Shown: piece by piece, positions 34,799-46,025 of the stretch
Layout of the letters: every line of letters begins with the position of its first letter
Position numbering within the stretch: the first letter of the stretch is position 1
Assembly: GCA_902602515.1 (NCBI GenBank)
Contig: CACKRG010000005.1
Coordinates: 1,245-65,244 of the forward strand
DNA length: 64,000 bases
Reading direction: 5' to 3'
From: an uncultured Alphaproteobacteria bacterium
GTDB lineage: Bacteria; Pseudomonadota; Alphaproteobacteria; HIMB59; GCA-002718135
Notes under the pieces: model-generated
Databases searched by the model: none
Told to the model about the DNA's origin: nothing
What the model saw: only the letters and a program-made list of their open reading frames with translations
Made by a program: the position numbers and the translations under genes

Positions 34799-36451
34799 AT
34801 GTTAAGTAGATTAAAATTATTTGACAGTGACTCATTAAAATTACTGCATAGAAGAGTTTTTTTTTCAATTACAATTTTTATTTTTGTTTATTTTATTTCT
34901 ATCTATAGGATCTCATCAATAATGCTTTTTCCTGATTTTGCAGATGAAAAAATTAGTAATCTAAAAAAAGAAATTAGAGGGAGCATCTATGATAGAAATG
35001 GAAATATAATTGCAACTTCAATTAAAAGTATTTCTTTATCAACTAATCCTAACAAGATAATTGATAAAAAAGATCTCGCAAATAAATTAGGATTAATTCT
35101 TGATTTAGATATACAAAAAATAGAAAAAAAATTATTATCAAAGAGTAAATTTGTATGGATTAAAAGAAATATTTCTCCAATTGAACACCAAAAAATTATT
35201 AATTTGGGTGAAATAAATATTAGGACTCATAATGAAATTAAAAGAATTTATCCTTATAAAAATGTTGTGTCACATGTTGTTGGATACGTAGATATTGATC
35301 AAAATGGACAAAGTGGAATTGAAAGGTATTTTGAAAATGAACTTTCAAAATCACAAGATATATCAATTAGTATTGATGTAAATTTACAGCAGTTAGTTAG
35401 AAACAGTCTCTCAAAAACTATTAATAAATATAAAGCAGAATCAGGTTTAGCTATAGTTATGGATATAAATAATGGAGAAATTTTATCTTCAGTAAGTTTG
35501 CCTGATTTTAATCCTCAGAATAAGTCAACATTTAATCAGAACAATCTAATAAATCGAGTTTTTCAGTCTAATTATGAGATGGGTTCAACATTCAAACCAA
35601 TTACTGCTACAATTGCATATGATTTAGATATAATTGATACAGATATGACCTTTGATGTTAAAAATAAATATTTGAACATTGGAGATCATAATAAATACAA
35701 GGAAAATGGTATTTATAATATTGATAAAATAATCGTTGAATCTTCAAATATTGGAACAGCTCAGATAGCTACATTGATAGGTAAAGAGAACCAAATTAAA
35801 TTTTTTGAAAAAATTGGTTTCAATAAAAAAATTAATATTGAAAATAGAGAAAGAGCAGCACCTTTAGGAAATAAAAATAACTGGGGTAAAAAAGAAACTG
35901 CTACTATCGGATTTGGTCATGGATTTGCAATAACACCTCTACATTTAGTAAAAGCTTATGCAACATTATCAAATAATGGGAATGAAGTTTTTCCAACACT
36001 CCAATTAAATCAACAATTTGAAAAGAAGCAAATTCTTAATAATAGAGAATCTTCTAAATTTTTTATAAATCTACTTAATTCTGTTGTTCTTAAAACCGAA
36101 TATACTGGACCAAGAGTGAAAGTAGAAGGTTATTCGGTAGGAGGAAAGACTGGAACATCAGAGCTACTAAATCCCAAAGGTGGATACTTTAAGGATGATA
36201 GAAATCTAACTTCTTTTATTGGAGTATTCCCAATAAACAAACCAAAATATGTGATTTATACTGCAGTTGAGTATCCAAAAAAAGAACCGGGTAGTAAGCA
36301 AAGAATGACCGGTGCCAGAGTAAATGCTCCTCTTGTAAAAGAAATTATAATCAATATTATTAGCCTCTTTAATATTCCCAAAGATAAAAGTAAGGAACTT
36401 CTAAAAGTAGACACAAATTTTTTATATAGAAAAATAAATGCTACTATCTAA
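34799..36451 (+). CDS. ftsI: peptidoglycan D,D-transpeptidase FtsI (PBP3)
   Basis: 550 aa with a TM anchor, a PBP dimer domain and transpeptidase motifs STFK (GSTFKP), SSN (ESSNIG) and KTG (GGKTGT). Confidence 0.92.
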   Translation: MLSRLKLFDSDSLKLLHRRVFFSITIFIFVYFISIYRISSIMLFPDFADEKISNLKKEIRGSIYDRNGNIIATSIKSISLSTNPNKIIDKKDLANKLGLILDLDIQKIEKKLLSKSKFVWIKRNISPIEHQKIINLGEINIRTHNEIKRIYPYKNVVSHVVGYVDIDQNGQSGIERYFENELSKSQDISISIDVNLQQLVRNSLSKTINKYKAESGLAIVMDINNGEILSSVSLPDFNPQNKSTFNQNNLINRVFQSNYEMGSTFKPITATIAYDLDIIDTDMTFDVKNKYLNIGDHNKYKENGIYNIDKIIVESSNIGTAQIATLIGKENQIKFFEKIGFNKKINIENRERAAPLGNKNNWGKKETATIGFGHGFAITPLHLVKAYATLSNNGNEVFPTLQLNQQFEKKQILNNRESSKFFINLLNSVVLKTEYTGPRVKVEGYSVGGKTGTSELLNPKGGYFKDDRNLTSFIGVFPINKPKYVIYTAVEYPKKEPGSKQRMTGARVNAPLVKEIIINIISLFNIPKDKSKELLKVDTNFLYRKINATI

Positions 36452-37856
36452 TTTATCAAAAGTAATAAATATTAAAAAAACTTATAACTTCAAAAAAAAT
36501 AAATTTTTTTCTTCAATTACTTCTAATTCAAAATTTACAAATAATAACACATTGTTTATTTATGATAAAAACACCAAAGTAAAAAAAATTTATTTAGATG
36601 AAGCAATAAGAAATAAAACACCAGCAATAATTTCTAATATATATTTTGATTATATTAAAATACCTCAATTCATTGTTTCTAAAATTGACTTATCAACTCA
36701 TTCTTTGTTAAAAAACCTTTACACAAACTCCCCTTTTAAGACATTAGCAATTACTGGTACAAATGGAAAAACATCTGTTGTTTGGTATATTTCAAAAATT
36801 CTTAATGCATTAGAATATAATAATACTACATTAGGAACCTTAGGACATTTTATAAATGGGAAAAAAATAAATAACATAAACTTGACTACACCATGCTTTG
36901 AGGAAATTTTTAAATACGGTTCCTCAAATAAAAGAAAAAAAAATATTTATATTTTTGAAGCATCAAGTCATGCACTAGAACAAAATAGATTAAGAAATTA
37001 CCCAATTAATATTGCAGCTATTACAAATATTTCTTACGATCATCTCGATTACCACAAAACATTTACAAGATATAAAAAATCTAAAATGAAACTTTTTACC
37101 AATCATTTAGAAAACGGAGGTTTTGCTATAATCAATTCAAGGTTAAAGAACTTATCAAAATTTAAAAAAAATTTGATTAAAAAAGATATCCAATTAAAAT
37201 ATTTTGGGAATAATTACTTAAGTTTAAAAAAAATTAAAGATACTGTACATTTAGTAATTAATAAAAATTGTTATAATTTAAAAAATTTAAAGCTTAATAC
37301 AGATATAGAACTGGAAAACTTGGAATGTGCTATAACATGTTGCTTAGCACTTAATATAAGTGTAATTAAAATTATAAAAGTATTATCAAAAGTAAATAAT
37401 CCACCTGGTCGCTTTGAGATAATTGAATATAAAAAAAGGAATTCCAAGATTATTATCGATTATGCCCACACACCAGATGCTTTAAAAAAAATACTTAATG
37501 CTTATAAAATTAAAAGAAAGAAACCAGCAATTTTATTTGGTTGTGGGGGTGATAGAGATAAAAGCAAAAGAAAAACAATGGGGCTAATTGCAAATAAATA
37601 TGCTAGTAGAATTTATATAACTGATGATAATCCTAGAAATGAAAATCCATCTAGTATAAGGAAAAATATTCTAAAATATTGCCCGAGAGCTACTGAAATT
37701 TCTGATAGAAAAAAAGCAATAAAATTAGCTATTAAACAAATAAAAATGAATGAAATTTTAATAGTAGCAGGTAAAGGTCATGAAAAAATACAAATTATAG
37801 AAAATAAAAAATTAAAGTTTGATGATTACAAAGTTGTAAAAGAATTAATTAACTAA
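36438..37856 (+). CDS. murE: UDP-N-acetylmuramoyl-L-alanyl-D-glutamate--2,6-diaminopimelate ligase
   Basis: 472 aa with a Mur ligase P-loop (ITGTNGKTS) and the DNPR motif (DDNPRNE) that specifies mDAP. It is in the dcw position. Confidence 0.9.
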   Translation: MLLSNLSKVINIKKTYNFKKNKFFSSITSNSKFTNNNTLFIYDKNTKVKKIYLDEAIRNKTPAIISNIYFDYIKIPQFIVSKIDLSTHSLLKNLYTNSPFKTLAITGTNGKTSVVWYISKILNALEYNNTTLGTLGHFINGKKINNINLTTPCFEEIFKYGSSNKRKKNIYIFEASSHALEQNRLRNYPINIAAITNISYDHLDYHKTFTRYKKSKMKLFTNHLENGGFAIINSRLKNLSKFKKNLIKKDIQLKYFGNNYLSLKKIKDTVHLVINKNCYNLKNLKLNTDIELENLECAITCCLALNISVIKIIKVLSKVNNPPGRFEIIEYKKRNSKIIIDYAHTPDALKKILNAYKIKRKKPAILFGCGGDRDKSKRKTMGLIANKYASRIYITDDNPRNENPSSIRKNILKYCPRATEISDRKKAIKLAIKQIKMNEILIVAGKGHEKIQIIENKKLKFDDYKVVKELIN

Positions 37857-39220
37857 TGGTAGAATTAAATAAATTTGAAAAATATATAATTTCTAAAAAG
37901 GATAAAGTTCGTATCTCAAGTAAGGACATAAAAAACGGTGATATATTTTTAGCATTAAGAGGTAAAAAATTTCATGGAAACAAATTTATAAATGAGGCAA
38001 TAAATAAAGGTGCAAGATTTTGTTTAACTGATAATAAGGACTATAATCAGAACAAAAAAATTTTATATGTTAAAAATATTTATAAATATTTAACTATTGT
38101 TGCAAAAAGAAAAAGAGATTTATACAATGGCAAAGTTATAGGTATAACTGGAAGTGCTGGTAAAACAACATTAAAAGAAACTTTAGCTTTTTTTTTAAAA
38201 AAGGATCAAGTCATTTCTTTTTCTAAAAAAAGTTATAATAATGAGTTAGGCATATTAATATCTTTGCTAAATTTAGATCTAAATTCAAATTTTGCAATTT
38301 TTGAAATTGGGACAAACAATTTTGGTGAAATAAAATTTCTTACAAATTTAGTTAAACCATCTGAAGTATTTATTACTAATATTCAATCTACCCATCTTGA
38401 AAATTTTAAAACTAAAGATAACATTGCAAGAGAAAAAGCTGATATATTTCTTTCAAAATATAATAATAAAAGAAAAAAATTATATATTAATGCTTCTTCA
38501 AAATCAGAAAATATTTTAATTACAAAGGCAAGAAAACAAAAAAATCTAAAAATTGTTCGTATTGATACTTCATCTAAAAAATATTTAATTAAAAAAATAT
38601 CTCCTTATAAAAAGTCTTACAAAGTAACTTTTTCAATTAATAAAAAGCAAATAAATATCAATACTAAATCTATAATTATGCATAGATTAAATAATTTATT
38701 ATTTTGTCTTGCATTTTATAGTGAAAACTTTTTAAATATTAAATCCATTGCAAATAGGTATAAGTTTTTGAAACCAGTTCAAGGAAGAGGACTAATTCAT
38801 AAAATTATTTTAAATAAAAAAAAATTAAGCATTATAGATGAATCTTATAATGCAAATCCTGATACTATGTTACAAAGTATTAAATACTTTAAAGGTATAA
38901 AATCAAAAAATAATAAAAAAATAATAATTTTAGGCACAATGAATGAAATGGGAAAGACCTCTTTAAAAGCCCATTATAATTTATTAAAACAATTAGATGA
39001 AACTATTTTTAAATTTGTAATTTTATGTGGCGAATTCTTTGAAACATCTATAAAAAAATTTATAAATCCAAAAAATGAATTTATCTATTTTAAGAATAAA
39101 AATAAAATTATGCAATTTTTAGAAAGTAAAGTTCATAATAATGACATAATATTAATTAAATGTTCGAATGCGACAGAAATAAATGAATTTGCAAAAAAAT
39201 TATTAAAGCTGGGAAATTGA
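37856..39220 (+). CDS. murF: UDP-N-acetylmuramoyl-tripeptide--D-alanyl-D-alanine ligase
   Basis: 454 aa with the P-loop ITGSAGKTT and IDESYNANP. It is in the dcw position. Confidence 0.9.
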   Translation: MVELNKFEKYIISKKDKVRISSKDIKNGDIFLALRGKKFHGNKFINEAINKGARFCLTDNKDYNQNKKILYVKNIYKYLTIVAKRKRDLYNGKVIGITGSAGKTTLKETLAFFLKKDQVISFSKKSYNNELGILISLLNLDLNSNFAIFEIGTNNFGEIKFLTNLVKPSEVFITNIQSTHLENFKTKDNIAREKADIFLSKYNNKRKKLYINASSKSENILITKARKQKNLKIVRIDTSSKKYLIKKISPYKKSYKVTFSINKKQININTKSIIMHRLNNLLFCLAFYSENFLNIKSIANRYKFLKPVQGRGLIHKIILNKKKLSIIDESYNANPDTMLQSIKYFKGIKSKNNKKIIILGTMNEMGKTSLKAHYNLLKQLDETIFKFVILCGEFFETSIKKFINPKNEFIYFKNKNKIMQFLESKVHNNDIILIKCSNATEINEFAKKLLKLGN

Positions 39221-39221
39221 T

Positions 39222-40310
39222 TTGATTAAATATATAGCCTTTGAGTACCAATATTTATTTAGTTTTCTGAATATATTTAGTTATATAACATTTAGAGCTG
39301 GTGCATCTATCCTCACAAGTTTATTTTTCTCTCTAATATTTGGAAATTATATTATTAATAAATTATCAAATATTCAACCATCCGGTCAACCTATAAGAGA
39401 TGATGGACCCGAGTCACATATTATTGCAAAAAAAGGCACACCTACAATGGGAGGATTATTGATAATATTAAGTGTTTTTATTTCTACAATTATTTGGGCT
39501 GACTTAAAAAATAAATTTATATGGATTTTACTTTTAACTATATTCATTTTTGGGTCTATTGGCTTCGCAGATGATTATAAAAAAATAAGATCGAATACTA
39601 GTAAAGGTATTTCATCAAAGATAAGAATTTTTTTTCAAATTATTTTTTCTTTATTAATAACTTACTTAATTCTTACAAATTTAGATTCTAATATAAGCAA
39701 GTCAATGACATTCCCATTTTTCAAAAATTTTATTATTGATTTTGGTTTATTTTACTTTGTTATTTCAATATTTATTATTATTGGAGCAGCTAACGCAGTA
39801 AACCTAACAGATGGTTTAGATGGCTTAGCTATTGTCCCTGTAATGATAGTTGCAATGTCTTTTGCTTTCATAAGTTATATTTCTGGAAATATTGTTTTTT
39901 CAAAATATTTACTTATTCAATATATTCCAGGGACTGGAGAATTAGCAGTTTTTTGTGGTTCTTTGATTGGAGCTGCTTTAGGATTTTTATGGTTTAATGC
40001 TCCACCAGCTAAAGTTTTTATGGGTGATACAGGATCACTAGCTTTGGGCGCCTCTTTAGGTTCGATAGCAATAATATGTAAACATGAAATACTTCTTGCA
40101 ATTATAGGAGGTTTATTTGTTTTAGAGACTCTATCTGTTGTAATACAAGTATTTATTTTTAAAATGACCGGTAAAAGGGTTTTTTTAATGGCCCCATTAC
40201 ATCATCATTTTGAAAAAAAAGGATGGCACGAATCAACAATAGTTATTCGTTTTTGGATTATTACTATTATTTTGGCATTGATTGGTCTTGCAACTTTAAG
40301 AATCAGATAA
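39222..40310 (+). CDS. mraY: phospho-N-acetylmuramoyl-pentapeptide transferase
   Basis: 362 aa with a TTG start, a polytopic membrane topology and MraY motifs (KKGTPTMGG, NAVNLTDGLDGLA, MGDTGSLALG, APLHHHFE). Confidence 0.94.
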   Translation: MIKYIAFEYQYLFSFLNIFSYITFRAGASILTSLFFSLIFGNYIINKLSNIQPSGQPIRDDGPESHIIAKKGTPTMGGLLIILSVFISTIIWADLKNKFIWILLLTIFIFGSIGFADDYKKIRSNTSKGISSKIRIFFQIIFSLLITYLILTNLDSNISKSMTFPFFKNFIIDFGLFYFVISIFIIIGAANAVNLTDGLDGLAIVPVMIVAMSFAFISYISGNIVFSKYLLIQYIPGTGELAVFCGSLIGAALGFLWFNAPPAKVFMGDTGSLALGASLGSIAIICKHEILLAIIGGLFVLETLSVVIQVFIFKMTGKRVFLMAPLHHHFEKKGWHESTIVIRFWIITIILALIGLATLRIR

Positions 40311-41626
40311 TGTATTTAATTTATGGAATTCAAAAATCGGGACTTTCAATAATAAATTATTGTCAAAATAATAAGATTAAATTTAAAATTTGGGATGACA
40401 ACCCAATTGTAAGAAAAAATATAAAAAAAAATTATAATAATCATTATTTTTTTAATAGAAAAAAAAATAATTTAAATGATTTTGAAAAAATATTTCTTAG
40501 TCCAGGAATATCTTTAAGAGATAAAAAATTTTTAAAAAAAAACGTATCTAAAAAAATAAATAGAGATTTAAATCTATATATTTCGAATTTAACTAATCAA
40601 ACTATTATTGCTGTAACTGGAACAAATGGAAAATCTACAACAACTAAATTAATAGGAGATATTTTAAAAAAAAATAAAATTAAAACTTTCGTTGGTGGTA
40701 ATATTGGAGATCCATTATGTAATGCTTTTCTTAAAAATAAAAAATCTAATTTTCACGTTATAGAGCTTAGTTCCTTTCAGTTAGAAACTGTAAAATCAAT
40801 TGAAACCAGAATTTCAATAATTACAAATTTATCTAGTGATCATTTAGATAGGTATAGCGGTATGAATGATTATGTTAATCAGAAAAAAAATATTATTTCT
40901 AAAAATGGAATCAATTTATTCTCTCTTGATGATATTTATTCAAGAAAGATTTATAATCAAAAAAAAATAAAAAATAAAATTAGTTTTTCCTTAGTTGATA
41001 AATCAGCTGATTTTTATGCAAATGAAAAATATATTTTAGATAATTACTTTAAAAAAGGGAGAAGACTATATATTAAAAAAATTTCAGACGATTTAGAAGG
41101 TCATTTTAATAATCAAAATATTTTAATAGCATATATATGTTGTAAAATATTAAAATTTTCAGAAACAAATTTTCTTAAAATTATAAAATCATTTAAAGGA
41201 CTTCCATTTAGGTCGTCTATAATTTTTAAAAATAATAAATTAAAAATAATAAACAATAGTAAATCAACTAATTTAAATTCTACAATAAACTCAATCAAAA
41301 ATTATAATAATATTTACTTAATATTGGGCGGTATTGCTAAGGAGAACAATTTTGAAATTCTTTCTGAATACAAAGAAAAACTTAATTGTGTTTATACATT
41401 TGGAAAGTCAGGATTATTTATTCAAAAAAAATTGAAAAGAGAGTTATTTGTTAAAAGATTACCAAATTTAAAAATATTAATAAAAAAAGTTTTTGAAGAT
41501 ATTAAAAAAAATAAAAATAAATCAACTATATTATTTGCACCAGCTTGCGCTTCATATGATCAATATAAAAATTTTGAAGAAAGAGGAATTCATTTTAATA
41601 ATTTAATTCGAAATTTTTTAAAGTAA
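40310..41626 (+). CDS. murD: UDP-N-acetylmuramoylalanine--D-glutamate ligase
   Basis: Start moved to the ATG sharing TAATG with the mraY stop (MYLIYGIQKSG...). The track start at 40223 would overlap mraY by 88 nt. P-loop VTGTNGKST. Confidence 0.88.
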   Translation: MYLIYGIQKSGLSIINYCQNNKIKFKIWDDNPIVRKNIKKNYNNHYFFNRKKNNLNDFEKIFLSPGISLRDKKFLKKNVSKKINRDLNLYISNLTNQTIIAVTGTNGKSTTTKLIGDILKKNKIKTFVGGNIGDPLCNAFLKNKKSNFHVIELSSFQLETVKSIETRISIITNLSSDHLDRYSGMNDYVNQKKNIISKNGINLFSLDDIYSRKIYNQKKIKNKISFSLVDKSADFYANEKYILDNYFKKGRRLYIKKISDDLEGHFNNQNILIAYICCKILKFSETNFLKIIKSFKGLPFRSSIIFKNNKLKIINNSKSTNLNSTINSIKNYNNIYLILGGIAKENNFEILSEYKEKLNCVYTFGKSGLFIQKKLKRELFVKRLPNLKILIKKVFEDIKKNKNKSTILFAPACASYDQYKNFEERGIHFNNLIRNFLK

Positions 41627-41628
41627 TT

Positions 41629-42690
41629 ATGGGAATATTTAATAATTGGTGGAGCTCAATTGATAGAGTCAATATAATATTAATATTATCATTGGGTTTT
41701 ACTGGATTAATACTTTCATTTTCTATTGATGAATATTTATCTATAAACAGACATGCAATTTTTTTTCTATTTTCAATTATTTTACTCTTTATGGTATCTG
41801 CATTAGATAGTAAAAATGTAAGAAGAATATCATTATTTTTATTTATAATTTTATTAACACTAATAATATTAATACTATTCCTAGACTATGAGGTCAAAGG
41901 AGCCAAAAGATGGATTCAAGTATTTAACTTTACTTTCCAACCTTCTGAAATAATTAAACCTATTTTTGTAATACTGACTGCATGGTGTATAAGCAAGTCC
42001 ATAGAAGATAAAAAATTTTATCTACCGATATTGTTTATTTTTTTCTTTTTACTTTTAGCTTTAATACTAATGCAACCTGATTTAGGAATGACAATCTTAT
42101 TATCAGCAACTTTTTTTTGTCAGTTATTTGTTGCGGGATTATCTATTTTTTTAGTATTAGTTGCTATTCTATTTATATTAGGAATTTCAATTTTTTCATA
42201 CTTTATTTTTGATCATGTACAATCAAGAATAAATTCATTTCTTGGTGGACTAGGAGGATCAGATACATATCAAATAGATTTAAGTATTAAGGCTTTTAAA
42301 AATGGTGGTTTATTTGGAAAAGGTCCAGGTCAGGGGATTTTAAAAGAAAAAATTCCCGACGCTAACACAGATTTTATTTTTGCAGTAGCTGGAGAAGAGT
42401 TAGGTTTTATTTTTTGCTTAATAATAATTTTTATAATTCTATCTATTATAGTAAGAAGTTTATTAAAGGTTCTACAGCTTGAAGATCCATTTAAAATTAT
42501 AGCTATTAGTGGTTTAATTTGCTCATTTGGATTGCAATGCCTAATCAATATTTTTAGCTCTCTAGGTCTTATGCCAACAAAAGGCATGACTTTACCATTT
42601 GTAAGCTATGGAGGGTCTTCTATGATTTCAATAGCAATTTTATTTGGATTTTTATTATCACTCACAAATAAAAAAAATCAAGAATTATGA
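41629..42690 (+). CDS. ftsW: SEDS-family peptidoglycan polymerase FtsW
   Basis: 353 aa, polytopic, with QPSE (FQPSEIIKP), TDFIFA and LPFVSYGGSS. Confidence 0.92.
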   Translation: MGIFNNWWSSIDRVNIILILSLGFTGLILSFSIDEYLSINRHAIFFLFSIILLFMVSALDSKNVRRISLFLFIILLTLIILILFLDYEVKGAKRWIQVFNFTFQPSEIIKPIFVILTAWCISKSIEDKKFYLPILFIFFFLLLALILMQPDLGMTILLSATFFCQLFVAGLSIFLVLVAILFILGISIFSYFIFDHVQSRINSFLGGLGGSDTYQIDLSIKAFKNGGLFGKGPGQGILKEKIPDANTDFIFAVAGEELGFIFCLIIIFIILSIIVRSLLKVLQLEDPFKIIAISGLICSFGLQCLINIFSSLGLMPTKGMTLPFVSYGGSSMISIAILFGFLLSLTNKKNQEL

Positions 42691-43772
42691 AAAAAAATTT
42701 TTTATTAATTACAGGTGGAACAGGTGGGCATGTTATACCAGCAAAAAATTTCGCTAATTATTTATCTAATAAAAATGTAAATTGTACAATTATAACTGAC
42801 AAAAGAGGCTATAAATACTTTGATAATTATAATGGAAAAATTTATATTGTTAGTTCGTCAAATTTAAATAGTAAAAATATATATAAAATCTTTGGTATAT
42901 TTCAAATTTTATTAGGATTAATTCAGTCATTTATTATTATATTTTTATTAAAACCATCCCACTCTATTTCTTTTGGAAGTTATGCCTCGTTTTCTCCAAT
43001 GTTATCATGTGTGTTATTAAAACCATTCTATAAAGTTAAGCTTTATATACATGAACAAAATTCAATAATTGGAAGAACGAACAAATATTTTCTGAATTTT
43101 ACAAATAAAATATTTTTAAATTTTGATATTAAATCTAAAATTAATTCAAAGTTTAAAGATAAAATATTTGTAGTAGGCTCACCAGAAAATAATTTTAAAA
43201 AAAATATTAATGTAAGCAATAAAAATTCTGAGAGTAACTTTACAATTTTTATTTCCGGTGGAAGTCAAGGATCAGAATTTGTATCAAACTTTGCAACAAA
43301 TCTAATTAAAATTATAGATAATGAAAGAATTATAAAAGCAAAATTTATATTTCAGTGCTCTAAAAATTTGATAAAAAAACAAGAAGAAAAATTAAGAAAT
43401 ATTGAATCAACAGTCATTTTGAAAGATTTTTTTATTAATGTAGATGAAATACTTAATAATGCTAATTTAGCAATATGTAGAGCTGGAGCAGGCACAATTG
43501 TTGATTTAATTAACTTTAAACTTCCCTCGATATTAATTCCATTACCTTCCTCAAAAGATAACCATCAATTTTTTAATGCTAAAATATTAGCTAAACATGA
43601 CTTAGCCATAATTATTGATCAAAATAGTGATGATTTAGACAAAGCAAAAAGATATATTTATGAAACATATAATAATTCAAAAAAATTAGAATCAATTAAT
43701 AAAAAATTTGATATGATTAAAGTTAAAAACTCTAACACTTTAATTTATAAATTAATACTAAATGAAAATTAA
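42687..43772 (+). CDS. murG: UDP-N-acetylglucosamine--N-acetylmuramyl-(pentapeptide) pyrophosphoryl-undecaprenol GlcNAc transferase
   Basis: 361 aa with an N-terminal GGTGGH motif and C-terminal ICRAGAGT..., HQ..NA. It is in the dcw position. Confidence 0.9.
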   Translation: MKKNFLLITGGTGGHVIPAKNFANYLSNKNVNCTIITDKRGYKYFDNYNGKIYIVSSSNLNSKNIYKIFGIFQILLGLIQSFIIIFLLKPSHSISFGSYASFSPMLSCVLLKPFYKVKLYIHEQNSIIGRTNKYFLNFTNKIFLNFDIKSKINSKFKDKIFVVGSPENNFKKNINVSNKNSESNFTIFISGGSQGSEFVSNFATNLIKIIDNERIIKAKFIFQCSKNLIKKQEEKLRNIESTVILKDFFINVDEILNNANLAICRAGAGTIVDLINFKLPSILIPLPSSKDNHQFFNAKILAKHDLAIIIDQNSDDLDKAKRYIYETYNNSKKLESINKKFDMIKVKNSNTLIYKLILNEN

Positions 43773-45132
43773 TAGTAAAATTCATTTTATAGGTATTTCA
43801 GGAATAGGAATGTCTGGTATTGCTGAATTAATGTTAGATAAAGGATATTCTATTCAGGGTAGTGATATATCAGTAAACGACAATACAAAAAGATTAAAGA
43901 AAAAAGGTATAAAATTTTTTTTAGGACATAATAAAAAAAATATTAAATATGCCCATGCTGTTGTTTATTCATCAGCTATAAAAAAAAATAATCCTGAAAT
44001 AAGAGAGGCATATATTAAAAAAATACCAGTTCTTTCTAGAGCTGATATGCTTTCAGAATTAATGAAAAATAAAAAATCTATTGCCATAGCTGGATCTCAT
44101 GGGAAAACTACTACTACTAGTTTGGTAGGAAATATTTTCAATGTAGCAGGTTTAGATCCTACTATTGTAAATGGCGGTATTATAAATTCTTTTTCTAATA
44201 ATAATCGCTATGGAAAAGGTGAATGGATGATTGTTGAAGCAGACGAAAGTGATGGTACCTTTTTAAAGCTCCCACATCAAATGTCAATTATTACTAATTT
44301 AGATATTGAACACATGGATTTTTATAAATCAAAAAAAAATTTAATTAATACATTTGAAAAATTTATAAACTTGCTTCCATTCTATGGAACCACAATAATG
44401 TGTTATGATGATAAGAACCTTAAATTACTAATTAACAAAATAAAAACTAGAAATATTTTAACTTATTCAATAAAAAATAAAAAAGCAGATGTATTAATCT
44501 TTGACATTATACAAAACAAACTAAAAACTTCTTTTAAATTAAAAATTAACAATAAAATTATTCATTCTTCTAATTATAAATTTACTATCAATGCAATTGG
44601 CAATCATAATATTTTAAATGCAACTGCAAGTATTATTGCAGCCAAACTAAATGGAATTAAAAATAAAGATATTAATAACGCATTGACTAATTATGTAGGT
44701 GTAAAAAGAAGATTCTCTTTTATTGGAAAAAAAAATAAATCCTTTGTGTACGATGATTATGCACATCATCCAACAGAAATTGCAGCTACATTAAGTGCAG
44801 CTAAAAGTCTAAAAAATAAAGTAATAGTTGTTTTTCAACCACACAGATACACTAGAACTAAAATACTAATTAGAGAATTTATAAAAGTTTTATCTAAAGT
44901 TGATTATTTATTTTTATTAGAAACTTATTCAGCTGGAGAAAAGATTATCAAGGGTGCAACTTCAAATGACATATATTCTAAAATATTAAAAAAAAATAAA
45001 AATACTACATATTTAAAAAATATAGGTGATTTAAATAAATTAATGAAACCTCATACAATGTATCAAAATACCATTGTTTTTATGGGCGCAGGTTCAATAT
45101 CAAGTATTGCAAAAAAATATTTGAATAACTAA
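43762..45132 (+). CDS. murC: UDP-N-acetylmuramate--L-alanine ligase
   Basis: 456 aa with IHFIGISGIGMSGIAE, GSHGKTTTT and DDYAHHPTEI. Confidence 0.94.
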   Translation: MKINSKIHFIGISGIGMSGIAELMLDKGYSIQGSDISVNDNTKRLKKKGIKFFLGHNKKNIKYAHAVVYSSAIKKNNPEIREAYIKKIPVLSRADMLSELMKNKKSIAIAGSHGKTTTTSLVGNIFNVAGLDPTIVNGGIINSFSNNNRYGKGEWMIVEADESDGTFLKLPHQMSIITNLDIEHMDFYKSKKNLINTFEKFINLLPFYGTTIMCYDDKNLKLLINKIKTRNILTYSIKNKKADVLIFDIIQNKLKTSFKLKINNKIIHSSNYKFTINAIGNHNILNATASIIAAKLNGIKNKDINNALTNYVGVKRRFSFIGKKNKSFVYDDYAHHPTEIAATLSAAKSLKNKVIVVFQPHRYTRTKILIREFIKVLSKVDYLFLLETYSAGEKIIKGATSNDIYSKILKKNKNTTYLKNIGDLNKLMKPHTMYQNTIVFMGAGSISSIAKKYLNN

Positions 45133-46025
45133 TGTCAAAAAAAATTATAGAATTAGCTGATAAACTTAAAAGTAAAATCTACTTTGATTATAATGCTGGT
45201 AAACATACTTGGTTTAGAACAGGAGGTAATGCAAAAATATTTGCAATAGTAGAAGATAATTTAGAGTTAGAAATTATATTAAATGAAATAAATAATGAAA
45301 ATTTTTATATAATAGGTTCTGGTTCAAATCTTTTAATTAGAGATAATGGCTATAATGGAACTCTTATAAAATTAAGCAAAGGTTTTAATACTATTAAAAT
45401 TAATGATAACAAACTTGAAGTTGGCGCTAGTATTTTAGATATTAATTTATCAAATTATGCATTGAGACAAAATATAGAGGGTTTTGAATTTTATAGTGGT
45501 ATTCCAGGATCAATAGGTGGAGCAGTTAAAATGAATGCTGGCTGTTATGGTTCGGAAACTGTAGATGTTATAAATAGTATAGAAATTTGTGATAATTTTG
45601 GTCAAAGAAAAATAATTACAAAAGATAAACTAAATCTAAAATATAGATCTTCAAATATAAATAATACAGATATAGTTACAAAAGCTATATTTAATTTTAA
45701 TTATGGCGATCAAAATTTAATAAAAGATAAGATTAATGAAATAAAGAATAAACGTTTAGAATCTCAGCCAATAAAAAATAAAACTTCTGGTAGTACTTTT
45801 AAAAATCCTGAAAATCTTCATGCGGCAAAACTAATTGAGGAAGCTGGATGTAAAGGTACCAATTTTGGAGATGCATATGTGAGTGATAAACATGCAAATT
45901 TTTTAATTAATAGGGGAAGTGCTTCAGCAACTGATATAGAAAACTTAGGTAAAAGTATTGTTGAGAAAGTATATGCCAAATTCAATGTAAAATTGGAATG
46001 GGAGGTAAAAATAATAGGTGAGTAA
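45132..46025 (+). CDS. murB: UDP-N-acetylenolpyruvoylglucosamine reductase
   Basis: 297 aa with an FAD-binding PCMH domain (GGNAKIF..., GSGSNLL, GIPGSIGGAVKMNAG), SGSTFKNP and HANFLIN. Confidence 0.93.
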   Translation: MSKKIIELADKLKSKIYFDYNAGKHTWFRTGGNAKIFAIVEDNLELEIILNEINNENFYIIGSGSNLLIRDNGYNGTLIKLSKGFNTIKINDNKLEVGASILDINLSNYALRQNIEGFEFYSGIPGSIGGAVKMNAGCYGSETVDVINSIEICDNFGQRKIITKDKLNLKYRSSNINNTDIVTKAIFNFNYGDQNLIKDKINEIKNKRLESQPIKNKTSGSTFKNPENLHAAKLIEEAGCKGTNFGDAYVSDKHANFLINRGSASATDIENLGKSIVEKVYAKFNVKLEWEVKIIGE